Source: Owenia fusiformis (Eukaryota). Taken from it: a DNA stretch of 64,000 nucleotides. Both the position numbers and the translations under genes were made by a program. This document shows, one piece after another, positions 61,232 to 64,000 of the stretch (the stretch's first letter is position 1; every line of letters starts with the position of its first letter). The notes below the pieces were generated by a model. The model had not been told where the DNA came from. It was given only the letters and a program-made list of their open reading frames with translations, and ran no database searches. The stretch is from contig CAIIXF020000001.1 in the NCBI GenBank assembly GCA_903813345.2, forward strand, positions 21,080,001 to 21,144,000, given 5' to 3'.

Positions 61232-61685
61232 CTAGGAATAAAAGTTGACAAATTTAACACCTTTGTTTCCCAGAGAACTAGCTTTTTCTTCAGAATTTAC
61301 AATCCATAAAACATTCTACGCCTTTTGAATGAATGGATTATACAATGAAGTTGTTCAGTCATTTAGTGCTGGCTGGTTTAGAGGAAGTCTACTTCAACAA
61401 GGCATTAACAAGAAAAATGAGACAACCTGCCATTTGTTACACATGCTGAATGCCAAACACCATCCAGAAAAAAGTAACTTTATGTCATGTGATGGTGACA
61501 ATAAAAAACCTAATTATGTCAGTGTTCTCCCCTTACCTTTTTTAACCAACAAAACATCTGAAGTTTTCAAAATCCCAACTGGGTAAAAAAAGGAATTTCA
61601 ACTACTTCAACAGTAGAGACATTTGTATGATCACATCATCTTCATCCTATTGTACATAAGACGTATTGTAAGCCTATATACATAC

Positions 61686-61755
61686 CTTCTGATGAAGCCT
61701 CCAAATTCAAACTCAGTTTCACTTTCATGGAACTGTGGCATTTCATCTTCTGTAT
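61686..61755 (-). CDS. TIMELESS: TIMELESS exon
   Basis: DTEDEMPQFHESETEFEFGGFIR. Confidence 0.85.
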
Positions 61756-61848
61756 CTAAAAAAACAAAGGAAAATACAATTGTTTATTTGATGGTTATTT
61801 CAATTCCAAACTTGAAAAAGCATAAAGATCTACCAAACAAGACCATAA

Positions 61849-62608
61849 GTTATTGAATGATTTGAAGTGCAATACAGGATATATTCTGCTCGAGAAATTC
61901 TGTATTGGAGTGCCAATACAGAATATCGAGACAGAATATATCCTGTATTGCACTTCAAATCATTTATTTGTATTTTTGGTCTATGTGGGGTTTTTAGGGA
62001 GTAGTCATTAAAGATATACATTTGAGCAATATAATAGTGATTACTTTAATTGCTTACCTTCATTTATTACTAACCATATCTCTTTTACCATTTTCTTGAT
62101 CTCACCTTAGTTGGGGGATAATTCATGGGTGGTCTTTTTAGGGGAGGGTTGGCGGGTAAATACTTACAAGATTCGCTCAGATATCAAGAGCTACCTCCAG
62201 CCTCAATAAAAAATGGAAGGAAATTGATGATTTTCTGCGCGTGCGCGTTGACCTACATTGAACTGTATCTCCTGGCAACCAGTTTTGTTTACATGCAAAC
62301 TTCAGAATTGAAATGTTATAATTGACTAACTCCCATAAAAAACACATAAAACCAATTAATTTATTATTAATTGTTATTTAATAACGTTTTTATCGTGTGA
62401 TCTTAGGCCAAAACATTTTAATCAGGAGATAATCCCTAAGAATTATTCTGTAATCTCTGTATTGCTACTGAGATTGTCCCCACCTCATACCAATATTTTC
62501 TGTATTGCTTTGGAGATGATCAATGGAGACAATCTCAGTAGCAATACAGATTGGTACAGCACAAGAACTGACCAATCAGAGGGCTTCATTTTACAGATCA
62601 TGCGATAA
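61849..62608. mobile_element. Foldback-ended repeat, copy 2
   Basis: Same palindrome and same 3' block as 9795-10435, with about 420 bp extra inside the right arm. Confidence 0.7.
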
Positions 62609-62618
62609 ATGCACCTAC

Positions 62619-62672
62619 CTTCTTCTTGTGAGTGGTCTGACTCTTCTATAGGTGGGGGAGGGGGTGCTGGCT
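62619..62672 (-). CDS. TIMELESS: TIMELESS exon
   Basis: QPAPPPPPIEESDHSQEE; 54 nt, phase 1-1. Confidence 0.75.
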
Positions 62673-63072
62673 CTAAAAATACATCATTAATACATAGTAA
62701 TTTTAGGAAATAATTACAAATCTACAGGTCACAAGTAAATTCAGAGAAGTTGTCATGTTATTTGTTTCTTTATACATGCAAAACTAAATCAGCTAGTCCG
62801 AAAAACGTTATTTCAATATTTTTGGAAAGTAAGCTGCATAATTTATTCTGCCAAATATTTGATTGTAATCATGGGATAAACTCGACCCGATATCAAGTAA
62901 TTTCTCTTGATATGATTTTGTAGATCATAGATATCAAATATCAATACTTGTGAGCAAAATTGGTTGATACAAATGCTCTCACTCTAAAAGATCTGATATG
63001 GAATAGATTGTCCTTTCTTGAGTTATTAATAACAAATCTAGTTGTTATACATGTACTGTCTTAAAGTCTTAC

Positions 63073-63170
63073 GGTGTAGGTTTGCCATGAAGACTTCTCT
63101 AAGTGCCATGAATTCATCTTCTGGCGACATGTCAGCTGAGCCAAATTCATCATTCTCTGGCCACACCTCT
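63073..63170 (-). CDS. TIMELESS: TIMELESS exon
   Basis: REVWPENDEFGSADMSPEDEFMALREVFMANL. Confidence 0.92.
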
Positions 63171-63404
63171 CTAAATATAGCAGGTATATGAATATGATAC
63201 CAGCATTTTATAGCAAAAGTACAGCTTTGGTAGGAGATTCATGTTAAGTCAAATACATACATTTCAATCCATTTCATTCAATAAAACAATTTAAATGATA
63301 AAACAATGATGGTATTAGTGTAAATAATGTCACATTGCATGTATTATTTTTAGATCAATACAGTGACAATGTCAGTAATATATTATTAATATAATATAAA
63401 TTAC

Positions 63405-63485
63405 CTTGCAGCCCTAAACAGTGCAATAGCCTCCCCTGGTCTGTTTTCTCTCAGTGACTCCTGCACCCGCATCATAGCATCCATT
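63405..63485 (-). CDS. TIMELESS: TIMELESS exon
   Basis: MDAMMRVQESLRENRPGEAIALFRAAR. Confidence 0.9.
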
Positions 63486-63789
63486 CTTAATACAAAAGAA
63501 ACATTAATTCATTAGCAGTTTGAGAGTAACAGAAATATTGGCTTCTTATCTTGATGTATTTGAAAAACTTTATATCATTTTACAGCTTATTTTGAAGCTG
63601 CTGAATGTAAAGGAATCATGGATCAGTTGTAATGCTTTTTTCCAAATTCAAAATAGGAATATGAGCCTAACATGAAAGCAACAAGCCAATCAGCCCTAGA
63701 TGAACCCATGTTGTAAATAAATATGAATCATCTCAGTGTATCGTTCAAGGACAGCGCGAGAGCTCAGTATGCAATAAGTAGCCTTTTAC

Positions 63790-63952
63790 CTCTGCTGGTC
63801 TATGTCTTCCTCCGAGGCAGCATCAAATGGAGTTACATCTTCAGGAATATTCCCCCGACCCTGGAATATTGCAGACAGGTCACTGGACACTTCATCCCAC
63901 ATGTCATCGAGTTGCTCTGGAGAAAACTCTGCTTCAACAGTTGGAGGTGGGG
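63790..63952 (-). CDS. TIMELESS: TIMELESS exon (most 5' in the window; the gene continues beyond 64000)
   Basis: DDMWDEVSSDLSAIFQG...VTPFDAASEEDIDQQR. Confidence 0.9.
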
Positions 63953-64000
63953 CTAAAATAGAAATTTAATTCCTTTTAATCATTTTATTTTGTATTGAAT

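Overview
AT-rich animal genomic DNA with GT-AG introns, most likely from an invertebrate; the species cannot be determined from the sequence. Two host genes converge from the window edges: the last three coding exons of an MBD5-like PWWP gene (+, 115-9545) and 17 3' exons of TIMELESS/timeout (-, 51285-63952). Between them is an uninterrupted 9.4-kb ORF (30584-40015) encoding a Helentron (endonuclease-bearing Helitron) polyprotein. Its domain order is OTU / herpes-tegument-like deubiquitinase / OTU, NPEF helical repeats, Zn finger, HUH Rep, PIF1 helicase, APE-type endonuclease. Two unrelated satellite arrays (154-bp and 152-bp units) follow it. At least eight DINE-1/HINE-like non-autonomous pieces with several different subTIRs lie around it. 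The window also holds many MITEs, a decayed Academ transposon, and a TTAA-flanked element in the MBD5 intron carrying a five-exon pseudogene of unknown product. The termini of the autonomous Helentron were not found. All domain and family calls come from motif recognition by eye, not from database searches.
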